52,301 nucleotides of DNA, taken from the IMG/VR virus record IMGVR_UViG_3300017658_000249, positions 1 to 52,301 of that record; one strand, given 5' to 3'. Of this stretch, positions 13,055 to 21,761 are shown one piece after another; position 1 is the first letter of the stretch, and each line of letters begins with the position of its first letter. Source of the stretch: a virus (taxonomy: Duplodnaviria > Caudoviricetes). The position numbers were made by a program, and so were the translations under genes. Under the pieces are notes generated by a model. That model ran no database searches. It saw only the letters and a list, made by a program, of their open reading frames with translations, and was not told the origin of the DNA.

Positions 13055-13372
13055 GATCGGCGTCCGTTCTTTTTGCATCCTTCCGCCGGGCGTGTGCCCC
13101 GGCATCCGCAGCGGCCTGGTTGTGTTGCCTCCCAGTGCGCAGCCAGGCCGCTTTTCGACTTTCACGGAGATTGATTCATGACGTGCTGTTATCGAAAAAA
13201 ACTGGTCCGCGAAATCGTCTCCCTGCGTGAACGCACGGCGGCGAAGCGGCGACTGCACCGATCCTATTCCGGCGATGAGCGGATTGCCCGCTGCAACGAT
13301 CTGTTGCGACGTCTGCGCCGCTGAAGAGTTTTCCAATCCCTGTACCATTTTCTCCGGTGAAGGCCACTTCCA

Positions 13373-13723
13373 ATGCACAATGTCTCCTCACTACCCACGT
13401 TTTGTGACGTCGAACTCAGTGAATCACGAGCCCGCTTTGATCGACTGGTGATGAGTTTTCCAACCTTGCGCGGTTGTCCCGGCACGATGCCCTGGAATGC
13501 CGGACGGTTTGCCGCCTGGGCAAGCGGCTGCGATACCCGCGCTCAGCGCAATGCGGCGCAGTTCGTCCTCTCAGTCTGGAACGGCAGTACTCCCGACGAT
13601 GCCTGGTGGTGTGAAGATCCGCTGGAGGTGGGCCGGTTCGATCCGGTGGATGCGCTGGCTTACTGGGATCAGATGCACCGGGCCGCGTTCCTGCGGTGGT
13701 GTGAAGATCCGTTCTGGCCGTGA
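13373..13723 (+). CDS. Phage hypothetical protein
   Basis: Trp-rich, protein-like ORF (AAQFVLSVWN..W..DPFWP) in the early arm. Confidence 0.7.
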   Translation: MHNVSSLPTFCDVELSESRARFDRLVMSFPTLRGCPGTMPWNAGRFAAWASGCDTRAQRNAAQFVLSVWNGSTPDDAWWCEDPLEVGRFDPVDALAYWDQMHRAAFLRWCEDPFWP

Positions 13724-13949
13724 TCGATCGGTGATCACGCAAGAAATCAGATGTCGATGTCAAGGGAGTGTGTCATGAGTTGCCAGTGTTTTTTTTTACC
13801 AAATGGACAGATTGCCGTGTTGTGTGAAGCATGCCGCCGGCGGCAATGCCGCGAACAGGCGAAGCGAGTCACCAATGGTTGTCAGTCGCCGCTCCGAAAG
13901 TCTTTGAACGTGATTCGACGCTCCAAGCCCCACGAACTGTGAGTTCGAT

Positions 13950-14321
13950 ATGAAATCTCAAAAACCACAAGTTCTCAAGACGCTCGACCAGCTCCGTGCG
14001 GCTTTGCGTGAGTTGATTGATGAAAGCGAAGACGTTTCCTGCGAAGCGTGCAAGCATGTTTGCACCACTCACAAGCTGGGCAGCCGATCCGTATCGGTTT
14101 CTTATTCCGGTGCAATTTACTGGTTTCTCAGCGAGAAGCGCGGAGGAATCCTCGGGGTTCACCAAGCGGCCAAGACCATTCCGGAGGTCTATAACAGATG
14201 CCGCATCGCGCTGATGCACGAACTGGAAGAGCGCGGTCGAGCCCGCCGAATTGAGGCGGAGCGATCAGCGCGGCCTCGGCTTACTCCTCCGCCACCCAAA
14301 TGCTTGGAGTATCAGCCATGA
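13950..14321 (+). CDS. Phage hypothetical protein
   Basis: 123-aa ORF with CxxCxxxC, co-oriented with the early arm. Confidence 0.6.
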   Translation: MKSQKPQVLKTLDQLRAALRELIDESEDVSCEACKHVCTTHKLGSRSVSVSYSGAIYWFLSEKRGGILGVHQAAKTIPEVYNRCRIALMHELEERGRARRIEAERSARPRLTPPPPKCLEYQP

Positions 14322-14444
14322 CTACCATTGACGCCGTTTTGTTGTTTCTTGTGGTTTGCCTGATTGTTGATCGAGTTCGACTTGCGGGCCAGATTGCGTG
14401 GTGGCACCTGGAAGACAGCCGACGCCGGATCTATGGAGATGACG

Positions 14445-14696
14445 ATGAGTGAAACCTATCGCGAACCGGAGACTCGCGAGGAATGGCAGGATGCCGCAGA
14501 CATCGCACACGCCTGTCTGTGCCTGCATGCGGCGAAGCCTTACGGGGTGATCATTGCCGGCCCAGGAGTCAATGTGGATCGCTGTTCAGATCTGCTGGCC
14601 CGCGCGGCGGATCAAGGAATCTGGCCTCGATCAGACTCCTTCGATCGTTGGAGCGAACTCATCCAGGAGCACGCCCGGGAGGAGGGCAAGGCATGA
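14445..14696 (+). CDS. Phage hypothetical protein
   Basis: GGAG RBS; stop overlaps the next start (ATGA). Confidence 0.65.
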   Translation: MSETYREPETREEWQDAADIAHACLCLHAAKPYGVIIAGPGVNVDRCSDLLARAADQGIWPRSDSFDRWSELIQEHAREEGKA

Positions 14697-15427
14697 CGCC
14701 CGATGACCGTCGCCAGTTCCTGGAATCACGTGACTTTATCGTCGCGAAAAAACCATTCCCCGGATCGAGTGGACCTCTGTGGTTTGCTCAAGAGCCAGCA
14801 CTGTCTCCGGTCGCAAACAAGGATCGCTTCGGACCACACAACTTGCTCATTGACCTGACTACAGGCCGATGGCAGCGGTGGGGACAAGCGACTTGGTCGC
14901 CCTGGGATCGCGGTCCCTGGCACGAACAAGTCGAAATAGAGCAGGACGAACCGAGCGGACAGCAGACATCGACGGATCAGTCTGTTGCCCTCTCTGTTCG
15001 CCCGACGGGGACGGCATTCATACACGCCGGCCCTGTGAAGGAACGCCCTTACATTTTGGTGCCGAAAGTTACTGACGATGGCCGCCAGGTTGAATCGATC
15101 TGGCATCCGAATGCAGCGCAGTTTTATGTCGACTGCGTGGAACGCGCGGGGTTCGTGATCACAGATCCGGGCCCCGATCAGTTGCTTGATGGATTTCGCG
15201 ATCTGGCATCGCGCTGGGCCGTGCGCGATGGAGTTAAATACTTACTGATCGCGCAGACCAATGTGATTTCAATTCTTGGTCCGGGGCTTCGGGAATATTC
15301 GCTGGATGATTTCCTGAATCCGGAACCAACTCCTAGACCCGTTTTATCAACTCCTCGCCGCGAACTATCGGCGATAAAAGTTACTGTCCAAAGCAGCGGA
15401 AACACGCTGCAGAAAGGTTTGTTTTAA
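14693..15427 (+). CDS. Phage hypothetical protein ending in QKGLF
   Basis: ATGA-coupled to the upstream gene and TAATG-coupled to the downstream gene. Confidence 0.65.
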   Translation: MTPDDRRQFLESRDFIVAKKPFPGSSGPLWFAQEPALSPVANKDRFGPHNLLIDLTTGRWQRWGQATWSPWDRGPWHEQVEIEQDEPSGQQTSTDQSVALSVRPTGTAFIHAGPVKERPYILVPKVTDDGRQVESIWHPNAAQFYVDCVERAGFVITDPGPDQLLDGFRDLASRWAVRDGVKYLLIAQTNVISILGPGLREYSLDDFLNPEPTPRPVLSTPRRELSAIKVTVQSSGNTLQKGLF

Positions 15428-15711
15428 TGTGTCAAAAATGCATGCAAGATGCCGTGATGCTTAATGAAATCCTCACGGAAGCGTTGGGGCTCATGATGTT
15501 CACGCAGACGGTGACTGACATAGTTCGTCACCGGGGCAATGCTGAATCCCGCAGGCAGCGAATTCAGGAGATTGCCCACCAGTGGCTGGAGGAGATCCGA
15601 GCTGACGGAACGGCCTACGCGCAGCAGATCGCGGTGAAGCTATTACAGAAGCACGCGGAGTGGACCAGCAAAGAACTGGAGGGCATCACGCTGGCGCCGA
15701 ACCACAACTGA
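15427..15711 (+). CDS. Phage hypothetical protein
   Basis: Coupled start; helical 94-aa ORF. Confidence 0.6.
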   Translation: MCQKCMQDAVMLNEILTEALGLMMFTQTVTDIVRHRGNAESRRQRIQEIAHQWLEEIRADGTAYAQQIAVKLLQKHAEWTSKELEGITLAPNHN

Positions 15712-15981
15712 AAACACTGGGAGCACGGCGTGTGAGATTCGAGAACTCACTGCAATGCGAGGACGCAACTCTCGATGGGAGCTGACGAGATGGAAACCGG
15801 ACCCTGCATACGATCAACAGATCGTCGTCCGAGGGCAGGAGGTACCAATGCTCGGCAGTGATATCACCCTCATCAATGAATGACGCCTCGACGTAGGAAA
15901 GACGGCAACGAAACCTGCTTGGCCCCGTTGAAACGGAATGGGGCATTTTACTAACTCGCGATTAGAAATGAGGTATCGATT

Positions 15982-16152
15982 ACGAAAAGCCTTGGACACA
16001 TTGCTTATGACGCCTATTGCGAAAGCAGCGAAGGCAAGTCGCTTGTCAGTGGGGCGCCGCTGCCGCCATGGAGCGAGCTGAGCAAGCCAATTCGGATTGC
16101 ATGGGAAGCGGCCGCAGCTGCTGTTGCTTCACGATTCGCAAATAACGCCTAA
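15982..16152 (+). CDS. Small phage protein with non-canonical (ACG or ATT) start, or start-mutated gene
   Basis: Frame reads KSLGHIAYDAYCESSEGKSLVSGAPLPPWSELSKPIRIAWEAAA. GAGGT lies 7 nt before ACG and there is an in-frame stop at 15952. Confidence 0.55.
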   Translation, partial: TKSLGHIAYDAYCESSEGKSLVSGAPLPPWSELSKPIRIAWEAAAAAVASRFANNA

Positions 16153-16201
16153 CACATACATCGCCGACTTCCGGCTCCGGTTCAAAGCAACCGGGCATTT
16201 T

Positions 16202-16337
16202 GGTCCCGTAGCTCAGTTGGTTAGAGCGGGGTTTGTCAGAGTCGGAGGATGCGGGTTCGAGTCCCGCCCCAATTTGGGTAGCTCAATTGGCCGAGCCCGA
16301 CAAACCCAGGTCGCTGGTTCGAATCCAGCCGGGACCA
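16202..16337 (+). ncRNA. Double tRNA-like RNA: two cloverleaf bodies joined through anticodon stems
   Basis: Two D arms and two T arms; outer acceptor GGTCCCG/CGGGACC; inner hairpin CCCA-ATT-TGGG; cross-pairs GGGTTT/AAACCC and GTCGG/CCGAC. Confidence 0.8.
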
Positions 16338-16385
16338 CTGAAGAGTTAGCACTGAACTTAACTATCCAGGAGAAGGAGAGCATTG

Positions 16386-16595
16386 ATGCTCGTTTTGAGT
16401 CGCAAGACAAACGAATCCGTGCTGATTGGCGATGGCATCGAAGTCATCGTGATCGGAATTCAAGGCAACCGTGTCCGGCTCGGATTCATTGCGCCGGAAT
16501 CGCTCAAGATTAATCGAAAGGAGGTCTGGCTTCAGCTTGCGGATGACGCAGCCCGCGACGAGTCGCTTGAACTGTCCGATGCATCTGCTGCATGA
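16386..16595 (+). CDS. csrA: Carbon storage regulator CsrA/RsmA homologue
   Basis: MLVLSRKTNESVLIGDGIEVIVIGIQGNRVRLGFIAPESLKINRKEV. Confidence 0.93.
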   Translation: MLVLSRKTNESVLIGDGIEVIVIGIQGNRVRLGFIAPESLKINRKEVWLQLADDAARDESLELSDASAA

Positions 16596-17956
16596 ATGGA
16601 GTCGGCACGATGCCACCGAAAGAGAAGAGTCCGTGGTTGCTTAAGCTGGAACTTATCAAGAGTCTCTCGCTTGTGGCGATCGCGGATGAAATCAATACAC
16701 GCCGACTGTCGGCGCTGAATGATTTGCTGGCCGATACGACCCGGATCAAGCGAGCGTCCCAGGATCGGCGTAAACGAGAGGGGGGAGGTGATCAATATGG
16801 GCGACTGCTCAAACTGGTGGAACAGCAGGGATGGCCGCTCTATCAACTCCCCTCTGACATGCGCGCAGACGCAAACCGGATGAAGCGTTACCTGATCGCT
16901 CTGCATTCCCGGCTGGGAAATCAACGATGCAGACAACTCAGCGATGAAGAGATTGCGGAGGAGATGTGCGTATCGCCGCGGACGGCGAGACGCGGTGCCC
17001 AGGATTGCCGCGAAGCCTTCCTAGTCGATGTTGCCGAGCACAACCGCGCTCCGGCCAGCGGAGGGGGAAGGGATCTCAATGGCTTTATGATCGTTTGGCC
17101 GACACTCGCAGACCTCGCCGAAGGTCCACGAGTGCAAAGCCTGTTCGAACCGTCGCTGCCGGCCGAGATGACCCAGCGCGACGAACGGATTTTGCAACCG
17201 GAGAATCCGGTTCGACCATTCGATGATTTTGGCCACAGTGGCGAAACGCATGGCCACAGTGGCGAAACGCATGGCCACAGTGGCGAAACGCATGGCCACA
17301 GTGGCCTCGTGCGTAATACCGCGCGTGCGCCATCTCCTCTTTCTCTTTCAAATCTAAATACATCTTCTTCTTTGCATTTGCCTCCTCGAACTTCCAGGAG
17401 GAAGGACAAGGAAGAGGAGGATTTGATTTTTTTGAGGAACACAGAATGGAAATTGGCCTATGAAGCATTGAAAACATATCCGGTCGGTGACTCAGCCCGG
17501 GCAATCCGGAGTGCACGCTTGCTCGGCTGGACGGCAGAACAAGTGCTTGAATTTATCGCGGAATGCAAGGCCAAGGTGATCAACGGACGGCGAGCCTGGG
17601 AACCTGGTCAGGTGTGGTGGCAACTCAAGAACGGTTCTCCAGGGAGTCGCATTTCGATGCAGCCATCCGAGCTGTATCGTCGCGAAAAACGAAACCATGA
17701 AATTGCCCTGGAACGGAAACGGCGGGAAGCAAAAGCAGCGGAGGAGACAGCGCCACGTCAGAAGTCCAGTGAAATCGATCCACGCATCGCAGAACAGTTT
17801 GAAGCGATGCTGCCTGATCAGATCGCCGAACTCGCCACCGCGGCCGGTCCGTATGTCGCGAAATACTATCGCAACCACGGCCTGACAACGGTGATCCGCC
17901 AGGTCCTGCTGGACCAGCTCCAGAGAAACTCACTCTCGATGGAGGCGGAGCCATGA
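16592..17956 (+). CDS. Putative phage replication initiator (HTH, internal iterons)
   Basis: HTH LSDEEIAEEMCVSPRTARR, internal tandem repeats and an AT-rich tract; lambda O-like layout. Confidence 0.7.
   Translation: MNGVGTMPPKEKSPWLLKLELIKSLSLVAIADEINTRRLSALNDLLADTTRIKRASQDRRKREGGGDQYGRLLKLVEQQGWPLYQLPSDMRADANRMKRYLIALHSRLGNQRCRQLSDEEIAEEMCVSPRTARRGAQDCREAFLVDVAEHNRAPASGGGRDLNGFMIVWPTLADLAEGPRVQSLFEPSLPAEMTQRDERILQPENPVRPFDDFGHSGETHGHSGETHGHSGETHGHSGLVRNTARAPSPLSLSNLNTSSSLHLPPRTSRRKDKEEEDLIFLRNTEWKLAYEALKTYPVGDSARAIRSARLLGWTAEQVLEFIAECKAKVINGRRAWEPGQVWWQLKNGSPGSRISMQPSELYRREKRNHEIALERKRREAKAAEETAPRQKSSEIDPRIAEQFEAMLPDQIAELATAAGPYVAKYYRNHGLTTVIRQVLLDQLQRNSLSMEAEP
17230..17305 (+). repeat. 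About 3.6 x 21-bp tandem repeat (candidate iterons/ori)
   Basis: TGGCCACAGTGGCGAAACGCA x3 plus 13 bp; each unit has the dyad GCCAC-A-GTGGC. Confidence 0.9.
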
Positions 17957-18132
17957 AGCTGCGCACGGGGTTCTACCGGCACTGTGGTTGTCCGCGAACG
18001 TTCAACCAGCGGGAATCGGTGCGAAACGGTGTGGCGCATCCTTACCTGGAGTGTCGCACCTGTGCCCGCCACCAGACAGATCGGAAGCGAAAACCGTTTG
18101 TGAAACTGACACAGAGGATGCTGTTTCAGTGA
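17953..18132 (+). CDS. Small Cys-containing (Zn-ribbon-like) protein, 59 aa
   Basis: ATGA overlap with the initiator; HCGC and CRTC motifs; below the ORF-track cutoff. Confidence 0.55.
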   Translation: MKLRTGFYRHCGCPRTFNQRESVRNGVAHPYLECRTCARHQTDRKRKPFVKLTQRMLFQ

Positions 18133-18143
18133 AAGGATCAAGG

Positions 18144-19226
18144 ATGGCGACGTGCAAGCAAATGGAGGCGTCCGCGAAAGATGTCTGGAAACGCTATTGG
18201 AAAACACGAGCTGTTGCAGACCGCAATGCGCTGGTGGAAATCTATCGTCCGCTCCTGGCCGTCTGGGCACGCAAAATCAATCTGCCCGATTGGGCAGAAC
18301 TTGATCAGGACGATCTGCAGTCGGCCGGCTGTTTTGGTCTCATCGATGCGATCGGTTCGTTCAAGCCCTCTCGCGGAACGGCATTCTCATCGTTCTGCGG
18401 CCTGCGGATTCGTGGCGCAATGTTGGACCACGTGCGGCACATGGACTGGGTCCCGCGGCAAGTGCGGCAGCTGCAAAAACGCGGAGAAGCTGAACCCGTG
18501 CGACTCATTCGCCTGCAGCAGTTGCAAGCAAACCGAGAGGATGAAACAGACAGAGAAATGGAGATTGCAGATCCGCGCATCCCGTCGCCAAGTCAGAGAA
18601 TGGAGAATGAATCCTGGTGGCAGGAGATGCTGCAGCATTGCAACCAACGTGATCGTCTCATGCTCCTTCTGCTGTACAAAGAAGGTCTCAACATGCGTCA
18701 GGTCGGCTTGCAATTGCAGATCTCAGAGTCCCGTGTCAGCCAGCTGCACAGCATGCTCCTCGCCCAGGCCCGGACGCGGATCCAGACATCCGATGCAAGC
18801 AATTCCTCTTGCCCTTCACCACCACAACAACACTGGAATCATCTCATGAACAAAAAATCTGCCATCACGCTGCCGGCAACAATCCTGCCCAGCGCCGAAT
18901 CTCCTGATGAGCTGTCTATCGCAACATTTCTGCAACAGCTGAACAGGAATGAAGTCCAGAAACGGATTGAACATCACCGCCGGGAGTTGGCGGCCTGGCA
19001 AGAGTTGTTGCTGGTCGTTCAGATCAGGGAGAGCGAAGGATCAGCACGAACCAGGCGGCGGGACACGCCCAATCGGATTGAACAACTGCTTAAGGACAAA
19101 GGAGGAATGCGTCCCAAAGAAATTGCAGACAAGCTGGGACTCTCGGCGGCGAATGTGCATGCATGCCTGAAACGAAACGTGGATCGCTTTTCTAAAACAT
19201 CTGAAGGGTTGTGGGAAGTGGGATGA
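18144..19226 (+). CDS. FliA/WhiG-like sigma factor with C-terminal winged-HTH extension
   Basis: Region 2 DDLQSAGCFGLIDAI..RIRGAMLDHVRHMDWVPR; region 4 LLYKEGLNMRQVGLQLQISESRVSQLHS; extra HTH MRPKEIADKLGLSAANVHACL. Confidence 0.88.
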   Translation: MATCKQMEASAKDVWKRYWKTRAVADRNALVEIYRPLLAVWARKINLPDWAELDQDDLQSAGCFGLIDAIGSFKPSRGTAFSSFCGLRIRGAMLDHVRHMDWVPRQVRQLQKRGEAEPVRLIRLQQLQANREDETDREMEIADPRIPSPSQRMENESWWQEMLQHCNQRDRLMLLLLYKEGLNMRQVGLQLQISESRVSQLHSMLLAQARTRIQTSDASNSSCPSPPQQHWNHLMNKKSAITLPATILPSAESPDELSIATFLQQLNRNEVQKRIEHHRRELAAWQELLLVVQIRESEGSARTRRRDTPNRIEQLLKDKGGMRPKEIADKLGLSAANVHACLKRNVDRFSKTSEGLWEVG

Positions 19227-19564
19227 TCATCGATGGGGTAATCGAACTCGATGACGAAGAGTTTGAAGATCACCGGCCTGAGCTGGTGGACCTGGCTCGC
19301 GACTATTGGCAGAGGATCGTCAGAGGTCATCCCGAACGAATCGATCTAATGATCGAACTATTGGCTGCAGCCAATGACTTGTGCGGCCTGCAGTTGACTG
19401 ATCCGGAAGAGGAGTGGGACGCTGCTTATCGAGAATTGCGGCGAGCTCACTGGCTCGTCCGAAGTCGGGACGGCCAGGAACGGGGTGATTACTTTTTCAA
19501 CGTGCAATTCCGCGCCGCAATTGCACGTTGGGAGAAACACATCGCGGCGGCAGACACGGAGTGA
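19223..19564 (+). CDS. Phage hypothetical protein
   Basis: ATGA-coupled to the sigma gene. Confidence 0.65.
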   Translation: MIIDGVIELDDEEFEDHRPELVDLARDYWQRIVRGHPERIDLMIELLAAANDLCGLQLTDPEEEWDAAYRELRRAHWLVRSRDGQERGDYFFNVQFRAAIARWEKHIAAADTE

Positions 19565-19567
19565 ACA

Positions 19568-21541
19568 ATGACAACAGCAACGACATCAGCCCGGCGATCA
19601 CGCAAGAAATCAGCTACCGATTCGCAGACGATCACGCTGCGGATTGAACCGCGCTTGCGGGTCACGGGATTCGTGATGATCCAGCAGTCCGGAAGCAAAT
19701 GGGGCACGGCTTATGATGTTCGCGACGCCAAGACGAAGATGTCCTTTTGCCTGGAATTCACTTCCGAAAGCTATGACTTTGCCACGGAAGCGGAAGCCAT
19801 CCAGGAGGCATTCACGACATTACTGGACTGGTGTGATGACATCATCGAAGAGCATCCCGCGGAGACCGTCCGGATCATGGAGGTCAAGCAGGCACTGACG
19901 ACGCACCGGCTGCAGTTCCCCACGTCTGATGCAGTTGCTGCCGAGGCGTCTCCTGCGGGAGCGCTGAAACATGTCGAAACGATCAGCGTCAATCCGGAGA
20001 CCGTGCGGGATCATCCGCACCAGCCGCGTGTCAGCTATGCCGGCATCGTGCAACTGGCGGAATCAATGGCCAGTGTCGGACAATTGGATGATGCCTGGGG
20101 CCGCCGGCTGCCGGACGGTTCCATCGAGCTGATCCGCGGCCATCGCCGCAAGAGGGCGGCGATCTTCAAAGGGCTGGACCTGCGGGTCCGGATTGTGGAC
20201 TGCAGCGATGCCCAGGCTCTGGAGTTGATCGGCGTCGATGATGCGAACTGGCATGAGTTTGATGCTGTAGCCAAGGCTCGGTGGTACCGGTCGATGCTGG
20301 ACGAACTGCAGATTACGCAGCGGGAACTGGCCACACGGATCGGACGCAGCCAGGCGGATATCGCCAACCATGTGGGAATCTTGTCGCTGCCGGAAGACTG
20401 GCAACAGAAGGTGATCACGCAAGAAATCACCGCGACGATGGCCCGGGCGATTGCTCCCTGGTCCGGCCGGCGGGCGGTGCTCAAGAAAATGGAAGAGGCT
20501 CTGGCGGAGTGGAAGGAGAACGACGACGAGCCCACGTCGAAAGATTGGGAGCATCGTCTCCGTCATGTCGTGCGAGAGTTGACGCTCCCCTGTGATCTTG
20601 ACGTCTATTTCAGCGGCAATTATGGGCCCAACGGCAAATGGATGTCCGGAGACTGCCGACTGTCCGTAGATGACATCGAGGCGCATCGTACGGAACTCGA
20701 CATGGTCGAAGTTCCTTCCCGTTGGAAAGACGATCCCCCCGAACTCCGGGCGTTCAACATATCGCTCTGGCTCAAGCTGCAGGGCGCAGCGGCCGCTCGT
20801 CATGAGCAGCAGGCCACATCCGGTTCAACAAGTCGAAAGAAGTCCGCGGCTTCGAAGGCGGACACATCTCCAGAGCAACAAGCTGCCCAGGAAAAGGAGA
20901 AACGCCAGCAGCAGGCTAAGCAACTCAAAGAGAAGATTTTCCGTTATCAGATGCGGTGGTATCAGCAACGGATTATCGAAGTTCTCATCCAGGAAGAACA
21001 GTCCGATGCGCCGCAACATCGTGAGGTGCTGCAACGCCTGGTGTTGTACTGTTTCATCGGGAACGGTCCCGGTGAGGATGTGGCTCAGGCGGTGAGGGAT
21101 CAGTTGCCGAAGTCTCGCGGCGGAAGCTGGACTTGCAATCAGGCATGGAAGTTCCTCGAACAGGCGACCGATGCCCTGGCGCTCTCCCGCGCCATTACCG
21201 GCACGATCCGGCGGTGGCTGGCGCATGACCTGTTTGCCAGCTATTTCCATCTGGTTCCAGGAGAGATGCCGGCGATTGCCGAATCTTTGGGAGTCAGCTT
21301 CGAAACGGAATGGCGGATCGATGAAGAATTTCTTGAGCTGCACACGAAAGATCAACTGAACGCATTGTGCAACGACTGGAAGATTGCCGCAAAGATCCCC
21401 ATTGCCCGGGCCGCCCTCGGCAAACGCGCCGATCTGATTCAAGCCATCCTCATCGAAGACAAAGACTCTGGACCGCAGTTGCCATTGCCGAAATGCTTTG
21501 CCGGTAAATCCAAGGCCAAGGCCAGAAAGGGGGCGAAATGA
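19568..21541 (+). CDS. ParB/Spo0J-family protein with long extensions
   Basis: HPHQPR, LAESMASVGQL, ELIRGHRRKRAA and HTH TQRELATRIGRSQADIANHVGIL. Confidence 0.88.
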   Translation: MTTATTSARRSRKKSATDSQTITLRIEPRLRVTGFVMIQQSGSKWGTAYDVRDAKTKMSFCLEFTSESYDFATEAEAIQEAFTTLLDWCDDIIEEHPAETVRIMEVKQALTTHRLQFPTSDAVAAEASPAGALKHVETISVNPETVRDHPHQPRVSYAGIVQLAESMASVGQLDDAWGRRLPDGSIELIRGHRRKRAAIFKGLDLRVRIVDCSDAQALELIGVDDANWHEFDAVAKARWYRSMLDELQITQRELATRIGRSQADIANHVGILSLPEDWQQKVITQEITATMARAIAPWSGRRAVLKKMEEALAEWKENDDEPTSKDWEHRLRHVVRELTLPCDLDVYFSGNYGPNGKWMSGDCRLSVDDIEAHRTELDMVEVPSRWKDDPPELRAFNISLWLKLQGAAAARHEQQATSGSTSRKKSAASKADTSPEQQAAQEKEKRQQQAKQLKEKIFRYQMRWYQQRIIEVLIQEEQSDAPQHREVLQRLVLYCFIGNGPGEDVAQAVRDQLPKSRGGSWTCNQAWKFLEQATDALALSRAITGTIRRWLAHDLFASYFHLVPGEMPAIAESLGVSFETEWRIDEEFLELHTKDQLNALCNDWKIAAKIPIARAALGKRADLIQAILIEDKDSGPQLPLPKCFAGKSKAKARKGAK

Positions 21542-21761
21542 CTGTTCGTAATTGGACGAAATGCCTTTCGCGTGCAAGCCTGAATTGTCACCAGCCGGAA
21601 AACCCGTGATTGGATGTGTTGATTCACGGCGGATCCTGCTGTACCTGCTCAATGCCCGGGCAGCTCTGGAAAGAATAACTGGAGATCCCCGCCGATCCAC
21701 GATCCACGGCTGGGACTGGCTCGAACCGAAGTAACCGTTAACCCAAAGCTATAGCGCAGGC

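Noticed and set aside
11530-13230. 566-aa ORF overlapping the recombinase
   Set aside because: Arg/Ala-rich alternate-frame shadow typical of GC-rich DNA; no motifs.
16202-16337. Two ordinary tandem tRNAs (e.g. tRNA-Asp GTC) or an opal-reading tRNA after splicing
   Set aside because: The individual acceptor and anticodon stems do not pair. A spliced TGTCAGA loop would lack the invariant U33, and no intron structure is evident.
16097-16513. ORFs spanning the tRNA-like element
   Set aside because: They overlap the structured RNA and csrA in other frames and are not protein-like.
17230-17305. CRISPR array
   Set aside because: Head-to-tail repeats with no spacers, in frame inside a CDS; no cas genes are present.
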